From IMG/VR virus record IMGVR_UViG_3300000115_000007, positions 27,664 to 91,663 of that record: DNA of 64,000 nt; one strand, given 5' to 3'. The notes under the pieces were generated by a model. It had not been told where the DNA came from and made no database searches. It saw only the letters and a program-made list of their open reading frames with translations. Numbering within the stretch: position 1 is the stretch's first letter; every line of letters begins with the position of its first letter. Origin of the DNA: a virus. The position numbers were made by a program, and so were the translations under genes. Shown piece after piece: positions 7,954-17,808 of this stretch.

Positions 7954-8148
7954 ATGTTTGAACTAATTATGATCACGATGCTCTTTTTGAATGATAATGA
8001 AGAGTTTTTTAATGCCGGACCGGCAAATAAAGAAGCTGGCCGTACATGGCAATATACGGGAACTCAACCTGTTCCTGAAGGCCATGTTGCGATCCCATCA
8101 ATTAATCCAGACACTGGTAAAGAAACAGTTATTTTCATCAGAAAATAA
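7954..8148 (+). CDS. hypothetical protein with hydrophobic N-terminus
   Basis: AAGGA SD, 64 aa. Confidence 0.6.
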   Translation: MFELIMITMLFLNDNEEFFNAGPANKEAGRTWQYTGTQPVPEGHVAIPSINPDTGKETVIFIRK

Positions 8149-8161
8149 TGATATATAACAA

Positions 8162-8190
8162 TGTACAAAGCGTACAATATATTGTATAAT
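8162..8190 (+). promoter_or_regulatory. sigma70-type promoter of gp32
   Basis: TGTACA-N17-TATAAT. Confidence 0.8.
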
Positions 8191-8236
8191 AATTCAGTAA
8201 TATAAAACATAATTCAGCAAATATAAGGAATATAAT

Positions 8237-9136
8237 ATGTCTTTTGCAAATCTTAAACGTGACCGCGGTCAAATCAACAAACTCGTTGCAGCAGCCGAAG
8301 CTGTTGGTGGAGGGACTTCTTCAAATAAATATACAGATGATCGTATGTGGAAGCCTACTGTTGATAAACAGAATAATGGTTATGCTATTATTCGCTTTCT
8401 TCCAGCTACTGAAGGTGCCGAACTTCCATGGGTTCGTTATTGGGATCATGGTTTTAAAGGTCCAACTGGTAAATGGTATATCGAAAAATCACTTACATCT
8501 ATTGGTCAAGATGATCCAGTCGGAGAACTTAATAGTAAGCTATGGAATACCGGGCTAGAATCTGACAAAGAAACAGCACGTCGTCAAAAGCGGCGGTTGC
8601 ATCACGTGTCAAATATTCTTGTGGTATCAGATCCGGGTAATCCTGCTAATGAGGGTAAAGTATTTCTTTATCAATATGGCAAGAAAATCTTTGACAAATT
8701 GATGGATGCAATGCAACCAGAGTTTGCAGATGAAGAACCAATTAATCCATTTGATTTTTGGTCTGGTGCTAACTTCAAACTGAAAATTCGGGATGTTGAA
8801 GGCTATCGCAATTACGATAAATCAGAATTTGCTCGTCAAGAAGCATTGTCTGAGGATGATACAAAGCTTGAAGGAATTTACAATTCCATGCACGATTTAA
8901 ACAAGTATGCAGAAGAAGGATATAAATCATATGCTGAACTAAAAACTAAGCTAATGAGTGTACTAGGTGAAGCAGCTGTTGCCGGTGCGCCTACCATGGC
9001 TCAAGACCGCAGTCTTGGTGAAGAACGTCCAGCGCCTGCTATCAAAGCAGTTCCTGAGCCGGCAATAAATGCAGTATCAAGTTCAGATGATGAAGATGAT
9101 ATTATGTCTCATTTTGCTAATTTAGTTAATGATTAA
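8237..9136 (+). CDS. gp32: single-stranded DNA-binding protein
   Basis: GYAIIRFLPA, HGFKGPTGKWYIE, GKKIFDK, NPFDFWSGANFKLKIR, YRNYDKSEF, acidic tail. Confidence 0.97.
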   Translation: MSFANLKRDRGQINKLVAAAEAVGGGTSSNKYTDDRMWKPTVDKQNNGYAIIRFLPATEGAELPWVRYWDHGFKGPTGKWYIEKSLTSIGQDDPVGELNSKLWNTGLESDKETARRQKRRLHHVSNILVVSDPGNPANEGKVFLYQYGKKIFDKLMDAMQPEFADEEPINPFDFWSGANFKLKIRDVEGYRNYDKSEFARQEALSEDDTKLEGIYNSMHDLNKYAEEGYKSYAELKTKLMSVLGEAAVAGAPTMAQDRSLGEERPAPAIKAVPEPAINAVSSSDDEDDIMSHFANLVND

Positions 9137-9147
9137 ATATAACTGAG

Positions 9148-9176
9148 AAATGCCGGCTTAATGCCGGCATTTTTTT
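9148..9176 (+). terminator. intrinsic terminator between convergent genes
   Basis: AAATGCCGGC-TTAAT-GCCGGCATTT plus T-run. Confidence 0.85.
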
Positions 9177-9177
9177 A

Positions 9178-11550
9178 TTAATATGCGTAAAGCTGTTGCC
9201 TATTTGGTGGTCCCCATCCTTCAAATCTAGGATCAAATCTTGCATGAGAAGATCCAACCGGAGGATTTGGTATAACTACTGGTGCTGATGTTGAAGTTGT
9301 GCTATTGTCAATGTTTCCAATTAATACGCCCTGCCCCTGACTTCTTGAAGCTTCTAAACTAAAATAGGCATCTTTTAATTCATCAGCAGCTCTTTGCGCA
9401 GAAGGCATAAGTTTCTTTGTAACAGCATGACCGGTTAATGCATTAAACAATGCAACCCCAGCTCCCTCTAGAGATCGATCTTCTGCTTCGGTGCCAACAG
9501 CAGCAACAATACCTGTCTCTACTGCCTTCGCGACAGCTTGTACAACTTCTGCTTCAAAACTTTTAACTGTTGGAAGTGTGCCAAATGCTTCTCTTTGATA
9601 TTCTGCATCCATATCGAGGAGCGCAACAGGCTTTGCTTTTAAATTTAATGTTTCTAATATTTTATTTCCCATTGGCATATTGCCAATCGTACTTATAACA
9701 TTACTCTTTATGTCTGCAGCCGAAGGAATAAAGTCAAATATCATATCTATCAGCCCTTGTAATTTTTCTACAACTGATTCAACAATTCCACTCATCATTT
9801 GTTTACCTTCAGTAACAATATCAGAAATCATATTAGGAATAAAACTAGTAAATATATTTTTTATCCCAGTCCATATAGAACCATTTGGCTGTGGATCTCC
9901 TTCGGCCCCTTCTGTTTTAGCAAATAGGTTTGTAAATGATGTTACCATCGCCGTTATCTTTGCAGGAATAGCAACCGTAAATACATTTTTCAAATCATCC
10001 CAAAGAGCACCGGCTGACAGTGATATACCTTCTTTAAAATCTTTTACTATACTTTTTATTTTATTAGGAAGGGCTACTGTAAATATACTTGTAACACCAC
10101 TCCAAGCTTTTTGGATCGTACTAAGTTCACCAGTTTTTCTTATAGCCATTGGATCTTTATCACCAAATCCCATCAAGCTTTTTATACCTGTTAGTACGCC
10201 ACCAACAGATTCTACTATATCTTCCATCCAACTACCTTGGTATGCTTTACTCCAAGCTTCTTTAAGTGATTTACCAGAAAATATATCTTTAATGAATACT
10301 ACTACACGTTCCATGGTTCGGACTGGAGCCATTAATAAGCTTTTAAATAATTTTTCAAAGGAAAACTGTTCGGCCCAGATACCAATTTTTCCTATCATAG
10401 ATCCGTCATCCCATTTACCGTCTTCACCAACTCCCCATGGTAATAGCTTTCTAAGAATCCATAGCATTGCGTTTTTAATTAAATCAAATGGTGCTCCAAC
10501 AAAATTAGATAACGCAGTAGTAAGTCCTTCAGAAAAAGACATTGCCCAGGTCTCACCTTTTCCAGACTCTTCTTGAAATTTTTGAATTCCTGCGAATGCT
10601 GACATGAGGACACCAATAGGCCATAATACTTTATTGAATATTCCTTTGAATAATTTAAAAACGGCTGATCCCTTAATAGATGATCCAACAGAACCGAGTG
10701 ATGATAACATTTTTCCAAACGCTCCGCTCATTACTTCTGTTATAGCAGACCCGGCTGCCCGTAGTGGTTGCAGTATCTTGCTTATTCCTTGAGTTACTCT
10801 ATGAACTATGGAAACTGGTTGAGCCGTAAATCTTCCACCGGGACCACGGCCTGTAACTGGTTTTCCGTCTATACCAAGACCTACCATTGAGTAATATCTA
10901 GCCTTTAATCCGTTCATGAAGTTTGCCATTCTAGTAGATATTTGTGTAGTAAGAGGTGTTTTCAATTCACGGCTGCCAGTGTTTAACTGCCTAGGTCCTG
11001 CTCCTTTCATATCACCATCAAATCCAAACATTCTTAATGCGGACCCTCTTAACTTAGCTATTTTGTCAAAAAACCACATAGAAAAATTAGCATATGGAGC
11101 AGGAACTAATTTTCCAAGAAGTTTGTCTGCAGTTTTTAACGGTATAAGTCCTTTTAAAGTTTTTCCTATTTTTTCAGCGTTCATTATAGCTAATTTTTCC
11201 CACCCACGAAGACCAGCAAGGGCGACACCTAATGCTGCCAATCCAGCAGTAAATGCAACTATTCCTTTAATTCCAGGAATATTTGGTAAGTTAAGTCCGG
11301 ACGTAGTAGAGCCACTGGAGCTAGACGTTGGTCGGCGAGGAGCATTAGATGCTTGCTTTGCTTCTCTCTCTGCTTCTATACGTCTTCTTTCTGTCTCAGC
11401 AGCTTGGTCTTTCATAAAATCAATGAATTGTGTAAATTTAATATTTAATTCTTCAAGCGAATGACTCTGCTTCGCCTGAGATCTTATATCTTGAGCGTTA
11501 TAAGCAGCCATGTGATTTGCTAGATCGTTTAAGTCTTTTATTTGGGCCAT
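9178..11550 (-). CDS. probable tail tape-measure / baseplate hub protein (gp29-like)
   Basis: 790 aa, amphipathic helical Gly/Ala/Trp-patterned sequence, directly downstream of gp26-gp51. Confidence 0.55.
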   Translation of the reverse strand: MAQIKDLNDLANHMAAYNAQDIRSQAKQSHSLEELNIKFTQFIDFMKDQAAETERRRIEAEREAKQASNAPRRPTSSSSGSTTSGLNLPNIPGIKGIVAFTAGLAALGVALAGLRGWEKLAIMNAEKIGKTLKGLIPLKTADKLLGKLVPAPYANFSMWFFDKIAKLRGSALRMFGFDGDMKGAGPRQLNTGSRELKTPLTTQISTRMANFMNGLKARYYSMVGLGIDGKPVTGRGPGGRFTAQPVSIVHRVTQGISKILQPLRAAGSAITEVMSGAFGKMLSSLGSVGSSIKGSAVFKLFKGIFNKVLWPIGVLMSAFAGIQKFQEESGKGETWAMSFSEGLTTALSNFVGAPFDLIKNAMLWILRKLLPWGVGEDGKWDDGSMIGKIGIWAEQFSFEKLFKSLLMAPVRTMERVVVFIKDIFSGKSLKEAWSKAYQGSWMEDIVESVGGVLTGIKSLMGFGDKDPMAIRKTGELSTIQKAWSGVTSIFTVALPNKIKSIVKDFKEGISLSAGALWDDLKNVFTVAIPAKITAMVTSFTNLFAKTEGAEGDPQPNGSIWTGIKNIFTSFIPNMISDIVTEGKQMMSGIVESVVEKLQGLIDMIFDFIPSAADIKSNVISTIGNMPMGNKILETLNLKAKPVALLDMDAEYQREAFGTLPTVKSFEAEVVQAVAKAVETGIVAAVGTEAEDRSLEGAGVALFNALTGHAVTKKLMPSAQRAADELKDAYFSLEASRSQGQGVLIGNIDNSTTSTSAPVVIPNPPVGSSHARFDPRFEGWGPPNRQQLYAY

Positions 11551-11559
11551 CGTTTATTC

Positions 11560-11697
11560 CTACTGCTTTTGCTGTCGCTCTTTGTGTCTTCGCTCTTCTT
11601 CTTTCATATGATCAATTAACATCATTAAATATATTTCTCTCTCCCAGGGTATCATATTTTCTAGTTCAGTAAGTGCATAATTATGATCCTGCATCAT
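11560..11697 (-). CDS. gp51: baseplate hub assembly protein (frame open to ~11780; may be expressed by -1 frameshift from gp26)
   Basis: (LSHENLLHYYQSNFR)MMQDHNYALTELENMIPWEREIYLMML matches the gp51 motif of marine T4-like phages; absent from ORF track. Confidence 0.8.
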   Translation of the reverse strand: MMQDHNYALTELENMIPWEREIYLMMLIDHMKEEERRHKERQQKQ

Positions 11698-11747
11698 CCT
11701 AAAATTACTTTGATAGTAGTGTAGGAGATTTTCATGGGAGAGACATA

Positions 11748-12458
11748 TTAAAAAAAATCGGCCATTCCTTCTAGTTTCTTTTTATTATGATGACCACATT
11801 CTGAGCAGTCAAACTCAACATCTTTCATAACAGTTGGCATTTTATCAGTGTAATTTTTAATCTTTTCAAATTGCTCAGTGTTTAAAGATTCAATAAAATT
11901 AGTAATCGCTTTTGAATCTTCGTCTTTAACAATAATTCTATCATCTGCTGTGTTAACATATTTAATACAATAACCTAACATACGAATTGACATATCAGAA
12001 GGTGACATGTTAGTCATTGTTGGATCATTTAAACTATTAAAACTTGGCCATTGCATTTCTAAAGATATGTCGTCAGTTAATTCAATAATGTTACTAATTT
12101 CTGGAAGATCTGGTTTTGTATCAATTAAATTAATAGACAATTCATTTGATGTTTCACACTCCTCACATGCCACGCCAATTTTAGCTGTTTCACCTACAGA
12201 CTTAGATCTAATAATAATAAACATATATTCAATATCAAAAACTGCTAAGTCATTCCATTTAATATCAGCTTCCGGGTCAACACACGCTTTAATTGTATCA
12301 ACAATTGCTCCAAACATTTGTTGAGCATCTTGTGATTCAAGCGCTATCATTAAAACTTTTTCTTCTCTTACTAAGTACGGTCTAAATTTTATAATTTGAC
12401 CGGTAGTAGGAATACTCATTTCATATTTGGGTTTATCATTTAGTACTGGTAGTGCCAT
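11748..12458 (-). CDS. gp26: baseplate hub subunit/chaperone
   Basis: MALP...KFRPYLVREEKVL, FDIEYMF..IRSKSVGE, two CxxC pairs, ends GMADFF. Confidence 0.9.
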   Translation of the reverse strand: MALPVLNDKPKYEMSIPTTGQIIKFRPYLVREEKVLMIALESQDAQQMFGAIVDTIKACVDPEADIKWNDLAVFDIEYMFIIIRSKSVGETAKIGVACEECETSNELSINLIDTKPDLPEISNIIELTDDISLEMQWPSFNSLNDPTMTNMSPSDMSIRMLGYCIKYVNTADDRIIVKDEDSKAITNFIESLNTEQFEKIKNYTDKMPTVMKDVEFDCSECGHHNKKKLEGMADFF

Positions 12459-12493
12459 TATATTACCTCATTGTTTAAAATTATATTATTCAT

Positions 12494-13252
12494 TTAACCT
12501 GGATCTTTCCACGGTTTCTTTTGACCATTAGTTCTACTAGTTTTTAAAGATCCTCTTAAATCTGGATTAATCCATGTGCTTTTCTTTACTGCTGCTAACA
12601 TCGGATTAATGTTAACTATTTTTCTTTTGGATCTTTGGCTTACATAATTCTTTTCACTTCTCCAGTTTGTGTAAGTCATAGTAATTGTAATTTCAACAGT
12701 TCCATTATTATCATTTGCTAAATCTATTTGAGCAAGCGCAATTGGGAAAGCATCCTCTAAAACGACGCTATATACTACATTTCCATTCGAATCTAATTGA
12801 TGAATGACTACGTCTTTTGCATAACCACCGAACCGGCCTTTTTTAAACTCTATTTCATTAGTATCTAAATCAATTTGCCTAGACATCCATACTTCAAAAT
12901 AGTCTCGAATTTTATAATCATTTGTTTCATAAAATGAGAAATTGACATCTTGAACGCTATATCCGTATGAAACTTTTTCTGATTTCATTCCGATTCTTCG
13001 ATCGTTGGTTAGTATGCTTCTCATTGGTAATGTACAAGATTTGCATAATAAATTGACATCGCCGGTAGGATGCATTCGAGCATGATCACCGGCTTGCTGT
13101 ATCACATCATCAGGAGGCACGTCGGCGGCAACTTGTGAAACTATTGCATTCGGGCCAAGAGCAGGTAATTCAACTGCAAACTTATTAGGTCTTGCAAGAC
13201 CTTGTACCATCATGCTTTTAAATCTTTCAACTCCTAAGTCAACTTGTTTCAT
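12494..13252 (-). CDS. gp54: baseplate-tail tube initiator (tail tube fold)
   Basis: GLARPNKFAV, LLCKSCTLP, VIHQLD..G, AFP motifs; position between gp2 and gp26. Confidence 0.72.
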   Translation of the reverse strand: MKQVDLGVERFKSMMVQGLARPNKFAVELPALGPNAIVSQVAADVPPDDVIQQAGDHARMHPTGDVNLLCKSCTLPMRSILTNDRRIGMKSEKVSYGYSVQDVNFSFYETNDYKIRDYFEVWMSRQIDLDTNEIEFKKGRFGGYAKDVVIHQLDSNGNVVYSVVLEDAFPIALAQIDLANDNNGTVEITITMTYTNWRSEKNYVSQRSKRKIVNINPMLAAVKKSTWINPDLRGSLKTSRTNGQKKPWKDPG

Positions 13253-13830
13253 AGCATCCCTCTTGAGTTTCTATACACTTCTCTGCCAGATGCTTTATTC
13301 CAAGACGCAGTTGGAAGAAAGGTAGCTATCTCCCACTCAGGCGCGTGTACTTTTGCTAATCGACTTTTTAAATGTTTTTTAAGATAGTGTTTAATAGTAG
13401 GTTTGTAATATTGCATATTGCTAGCCGCTTTTACAGTAGCATACGTGACATTAAAATCATCATCTGACGCTGTTGTCATTAATGCATCTAGGAATTTAGC
13501 CCTAAGAACTGGAGGTAAGTAATGTAGATTCATCCCTAAAAAGCCTCCTTTTGCTTTACCGATAATAATAACAAGTGGAAAAGAATCATAGAATGGCAGT
13601 GTTTCTTTATGTTTAGGATCATAGAAAAACATACACATTTTACCAATATCGGTATTATTACTAAGAGTTAACTCTTCTTCTTGCATTAATGCGCCTTGAT
13701 TAATTCTGCGAAATTCTTTTCCTCGCATTGTAGTTATTTTTTTACGGAACCACTCGCGCGACTCTTTGGTGCGAGGAGTGATCCCTGCACGAAAAGCTTC
13801 TAATTCTAGTTTTTTAAATATCTCTGTCAT
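13249..13830 (-). CDS. gp2: DNA end protector protein
   Basis: FFYDPKHKETLPFYDSFPL, FLGMNLHYLPP, WEIATFLPT. Confidence 0.92.
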   Translation of the reverse strand: MTEIFKKLELEAFRAGITPRTKESREWFRKKITTMRGKEFRRINQGALMQEEELTLSNNTDIGKMCMFFYDPKHKETLPFYDSFPLVIIIGKAKGGFLGMNLHYLPPVLRAKFLDALMTTASDDDFNVTYATVKAASNMQYYKPTIKHYLKKHLKSRLAKVHAPEWEIATFLPTASWNKASGREVYRNSRGML

Positions 13831-13838
13831 GACTCTAT

Positions 13839-14333
13839 TTATACTTTTTTCTTAGGTTTCTTCATTGTCGGCAGAGGTTTTAAACTTTTGCCCTTTGGTC
13901 GTATTCCCATTTTATCAAGAGTATTTTCAGTCCATATTTGAAATTCCCAATTGCGGTCATCTGCATAATTTTTTGCGGCTTTCCATTTATTCATATTCTT
14001 TACATAAGTCAATCCTTCGGTAATATAACGTTTTGTTTTTTTACCTGGATTTTTGGGAGGTCGCGTTTCTTTATCTGGTTTGATTTCAACTAATATAGTT
14101 TTTTTATTCTTAAATGTAATTTTAAGATCAACAAAATATCTATGATATTTTTTATCAACTTCATACAAATATGGTACTACAACTTCTTCGCTTGACCATG
14201 ATATAACATCACTTTGCTCATCACACCATTTAAAACAATGACGCTCCCACATTGATCTATACACTATATTGGTATAGTCTCCTTTATATTTGTTTGGATT
14301 CTTTGGTTTGTATTTACCAGAATATGTTTTCAT
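13839..14333 (-). CDS. gp4: head completion nuclease (TnsA-like)
   Basis: YKPKNPNKYKGD, YRSMWE, WSSEE, HRYFVD, EIKP, KWKAA. Confidence 0.92.
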   Translation of the reverse strand: MKTYSGKYKPKNPNKYKGDYTNIVYRSMWERHCFKWCDEQSDVISWSSEEVVVPYLYEVDKKYHRYFVDLKITFKNKKTILVEIKPDKETRPPKNPGKKTKRYITEGLTYVKNMNKWKAAKNYADDRNWEFQIWTENTLDKMGIRPKGKSLKPLPTMKKPKKKV

Positions 14334-14342
14334 GTTTTCCCA

Positions 14343-14350
14343 TATAAATA
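14343..14350 (+). promoter_or_regulatory. T4-type late promoter
   Basis: TATAAATA upstream of gp48. Confidence 0.75.
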
Positions 14351-14388
14351 TAACTAACAGAATTTAACTATATTTATTAGGAAAACAT

Positions 14389-15480
14389 ATGTCGTTAGAT
14401 AGGGATGCCACCACCACAGCTAATTTCGCACAAGCAGCAAAACAACAGCTGCAATTTCCTAGGGAAAATGTATCTGATTTTAAAGCGTATATAAGATTTC
14501 AACCAATTATTACTACTCCACCGGCTTTAGGTGAAAATAGTAGAATAGGAGCATTAGTGCTGCGTACCGTAGATAATGCTTTAAATGGTAATTTTGGTGC
14601 TGCAGGTCAGGACGGCGCTTTTTTAGGCGGTGCCTTTGATGCGTTTAATAACGCTAATGGAAATCATCTTGAAAGATCTAAAAGAAATCCATCTAAACAA
14701 AGATGTGTGTTATATATGCCATCTTCTTTTAATATGCAAGATGGGGTTTCTTATTCAACTCCGGCGTTAGGTATATTAGGGCAGTCAATGAAAGAAGGAA
14801 TTGAAGGCGGTAGTGGCATTATAGATGGTGGTTTGTCAGCTGCTACAGATGGTTTAAAAAATCTAATTGCTGGAGTAACTGGTGGTATGGGTCAAGATGC
14901 CGCAAGACTCGCTGCAGCTAGACTTACACAGTCATTAACTAAAAATAGTTTCGCGGACGGGGCAGTACGAAGTGCGTTAAAAACGACAGCACATCCAAAT
15001 ATTGCATTATTGTTTGACAAACCAGAATTACGAACATTTAGATTTCAATTTAAAATGCAGCCGACTACTGAAGACGAAGCAATAGAAATAGAGAAGATCG
15101 TCAGATTTTTTAGAAGTGAATTATATCCTGAATCATTTGGTATATCTGGGTCGCAGGCATATTCTTCAGGTTCGGGTGCAACAGAGGAGGTCTCAGAATA
15201 TGAAGTTAAAGCTGGGTATAAATTTCCAAATGAAATACAAATTTCATTGCATTATGATCTAGATAGAAATACACGATCCGACGTTTCTAATGCAGAGGCT
15301 TATTCAAAATCAAAATGGTTTAGATTTAAGCCGTGTTATTTAAGATCAGTTAATGCAACATATAACACAAGTAATACCAATAGTTTTTATAAAGGCGGTT
15401 ATTTTCAAGAAACAACACTAGACTTAAGTTTCCAAGAAAATGAGTTAATGGATAAAAATGCTGTTGCGAAAGGATTCTAA
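14389..15480 (+). CDS. gp48: baseplate tail-tube cap
   Basis: LYMP, PNIALLF..PELRTFRFQFKMQP...EA..I..IVRFFR, FP, CYL..V..Y, L.FQE. Confidence 0.82.
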   Translation: MSLDRDATTTANFAQAAKQQLQFPRENVSDFKAYIRFQPIITTPPALGENSRIGALVLRTVDNALNGNFGAAGQDGAFLGGAFDAFNNANGNHLERSKRNPSKQRCVLYMPSSFNMQDGVSYSTPALGILGQSMKEGIEGGSGIIDGGLSAATDGLKNLIAGVTGGMGQDAARLAAARLTQSLTKNSFADGAVRSALKTTAHPNIALLFDKPELRTFRFQFKMQPTTEDEAIEIEKIVRFFRSELYPESFGISGSQAYSSGSGATEEVSEYEVKAGYKFPNEIQISLHYDLDRNTRSDVSNAEAYSKSKWFRFKPCYLRSVNATYNTSNTNSFYKGGYFQETTLDLSFQENELMDKNAVAKGF

Positions 15481-16313
15481 TGTCATATTTCCAATCATAT
15501 CCAATTGTACCATATCAATTTGGCGGAAGCGATAATGCAATCGCAGCGATTCAAAATATATCAGCATATGCTGACATAATTGATAAATTTAAAAATAGCG
15601 CTCAAAGTTATTTACTGTATGATATTATAGAAGGTGATAGGCCTGATGTTGTATCGTATAATATATACGGCAGTGATAATTACTATTGGACATTTTATTT
15701 AATGAATGATAATTTAAGAAGGCAGGGATGGCCTTTAATTTATAGTGAAATTGTAGATCAAGCAAAAGAATCTTATCCGCATACAACTCTTGTTTTTCGC
15801 ACTGATGATAATGGTGTTGGCCATGTAGGTCATTCAGATCCAGCACAAGATCTTATTAGAATATTTAAGGTAGGTTCTAAATTAGAAGGCGCGCTTAGTG
15901 GTGCAACCGGTACTGTTGTTCGTAAAGATTTAGATTTAGGACAAGTGATTATTAGTGGATCAACTGGTGTATGGCAAAATGGTGAAGCAGTGTATTTTAA
16001 TAGAATAGTTGAAAATCCAAAAGCACTTTTGGATCCAGCTTTTGCTGCGCAATATGAAGGTATTAACATTTATGAAAATGCCAAGTTAAAAACAAGCTCA
16101 TTAGAATACTTAAGTGCGCACCATTATGAAGATGCATCCGGAAATTGGATAGATATAAATCCTAACAACGAGGTTCAATCATCGCTTATTACTGAAAAAA
16201 CTCATCTAGATTTTATTGAAGACGAAAATTCTAAATTAAAAACGATAAAAATATTAAAGCCTAGTATTGTTAGACAAGTAACTCAAACATTTTCGACTGT
16301 CATAGGCGGATAA
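15480..16313 (+). CDS. gp53: baseplate wedge subunit
   Basis: MSYF, YDIIEGDRPDVVS..IYG...YYW...LMN, HHYE, ENSKLKTIKILKP. Confidence 0.88.
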   Translation: MSYFQSYPIVPYQFGGSDNAIAAIQNISAYADIIDKFKNSAQSYLLYDIIEGDRPDVVSYNIYGSDNYYWTFYLMNDNLRRQGWPLIYSEIVDQAKESYPHTTLVFRTDDNGVGHVGHSDPAQDLIRIFKVGSKLEGALSGATGTVVRKDLDLGQVIISGSTGVWQNGEAVYFNRIVENPKALLDPAFAAQYEGINIYENAKLKTSSLEYLSAHHYEDASGNWIDINPNNEVQSSLITEKTHLDFIEDENSKLKTIKILKPSIVRQVTQTFSTVIGG

Positions 16314-16319
16314 TAAGCT

Positions 16320-17798
16320 ATGTATGAACAGAATAAAATCATTAACCCAGTTTCATATGATATTCAATCGGTGATACTTACTGCAGATCGTTGGTCTGAA
16401 TGGGATGATGAAGCTGGTTATGATATTAGTCGTTTTGTTTCTGACATAATATTTTATGAAAATTTAAATTTACCATATTTAACTGCTGCAATGTCGTTTT
16501 TAGATAATCAAAGCCTTTCAGATAAATTAAATTTTACTGGCACAGAACGTGTTGAAATAAAAATTATGACAGATGAAGAGCAAATTGACAAGCGGCTTTC
16601 TATTACTAAGCGGTTCATTATAACAGAAGTAATGTCATCTGAAAAAGTTGGTGACAATAATGAAATGGTGTCTTTACATATGATAGAAGAAAGGGCCTAT
16701 CAATCTAAAGTGACTTCAATTAATAGATCATTTAAAAAAATTAATGCCCACAGAGGATCAGCAGATGCTTTTGCTGGAAATCCTATTGATATAATTCAAT
16801 CATTGCTCAGGACTTTAGATCGATCAACTGCAAACGGTGGATATTTTTTAAATAATGAGTTAATGTATAATAACAATGATGATCAACTTCCTGTACTTGA
16901 CGGTGAACTAAATGTTGTAATTCCTAACCTTCCGGCTATTGAAGCAATTAGTTGGATTTCTAAAAGATGCGTTACACCAAGCGGCATGCCATTTTACACA
17001 TTTGCATCTATGGGTGACGATAGAATACGATTTGTTAGTTTAGAGGCTATGCTTAAAATGAGTCCCATTAACGAACCACATATGCCTTATACATATTCTT
17101 ATCAGTTATTATCTGAAGCTCAAACTGTTCCTAATGGTGTTAAATCATATATAATATCTGATTTTATGAATACTGGAAGTGATAATCAATTGATCTATAC
17201 GGCTTCCGGCCTAGGGACTTCTGTACATAGTTTTATTGACACGTACTCTGGAGAAATTAGTACTGTAAACTTTGATCCTGCACGAATGTTTGATCATTTA
17301 CATGATCAAAATATCTTAAAGAAAAGAGATGTACCAGTCTATGATGGAAAATTAAAATTTGGTAGTAGAAATATTGCTGAAATAAATGGAGAAACAAAAA
17401 CTAGTATATCAACATCAAAAACATTTAGTAATACAAAAAGAGGTGTCGATGATAAAAAGAGAAGTTATAATGAAGTAGGTGATACAAATCATCACTCATT
17501 AAAAATTGAAGCTCAGGCAGCAAGAGCATTTTTAACAAAAAATGGTTTAATGATAAAAGTACCAGGTAGAAACTTTTTATCAAAAGATAATAATCTTACG
17601 ATAGGTAATAAAATTTCTGTTGAATTTAAAAAGAATATAATACAACCGACACAAAATGGCATCAATCATCAAGGTGATTTATTAGATCTTCGAAGATCAG
17701 GCGAATATATAATTTACAGCGCTGAGCATACTTTTAGTGTAGATAATGGTTATTCAGTAGGACTAAACTTAGTAAGACTAGCTTTACAAAAAAGATAA
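16320..17798 (+). CDS. putative baseplate hub protein (gp27-like)
   Basis: IFYENL..PYLT, GTERVEI, C-terminal VPG...IG...SGEYII....H.F; position between gp53 and gp5. Confidence 0.55.
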   Translation: MYEQNKIINPVSYDIQSVILTADRWSEWDDEAGYDISRFVSDIIFYENLNLPYLTAAMSFLDNQSLSDKLNFTGTERVEIKIMTDEEQIDKRLSITKRFIITEVMSSEKVGDNNEMVSLHMIEERAYQSKVTSINRSFKKINAHRGSADAFAGNPIDIIQSLLRTLDRSTANGGYFLNNELMYNNNDDQLPVLDGELNVVIPNLPAIEAISWISKRCVTPSGMPFYTFASMGDDRIRFVSLEAMLKMSPINEPHMPYTYSYQLLSEAQTVPNGVKSYIISDFMNTGSDNQLIYTASGLGTSVHSFIDTYSGEISTVNFDPARMFDHLHDQNILKKRDVPVYDGKLKFGSRNIAEINGETKTSISTSKTFSNTKRGVDDKKRSYNEVGDTNHHSLKIEAQAARAFLTKNGLMIKVPGRNFLSKDNNLTIGNKISVEFKKNIIQPTQNGINHQGDLLDLRRSGEYIIYSAEHTFSVDNGYSVGLNLVRLALQKR

Positions 17799-17808
17799 GG
17801 GTTTAAAT

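Noticed and set aside
9680-12324. Long plus-strand ORFs (9680-10576, 10916-11464, 12007-12324)
   Set aside because: Antisense shadows of the tape-measure-like and gp26 genes; no SD or recognisable motifs.
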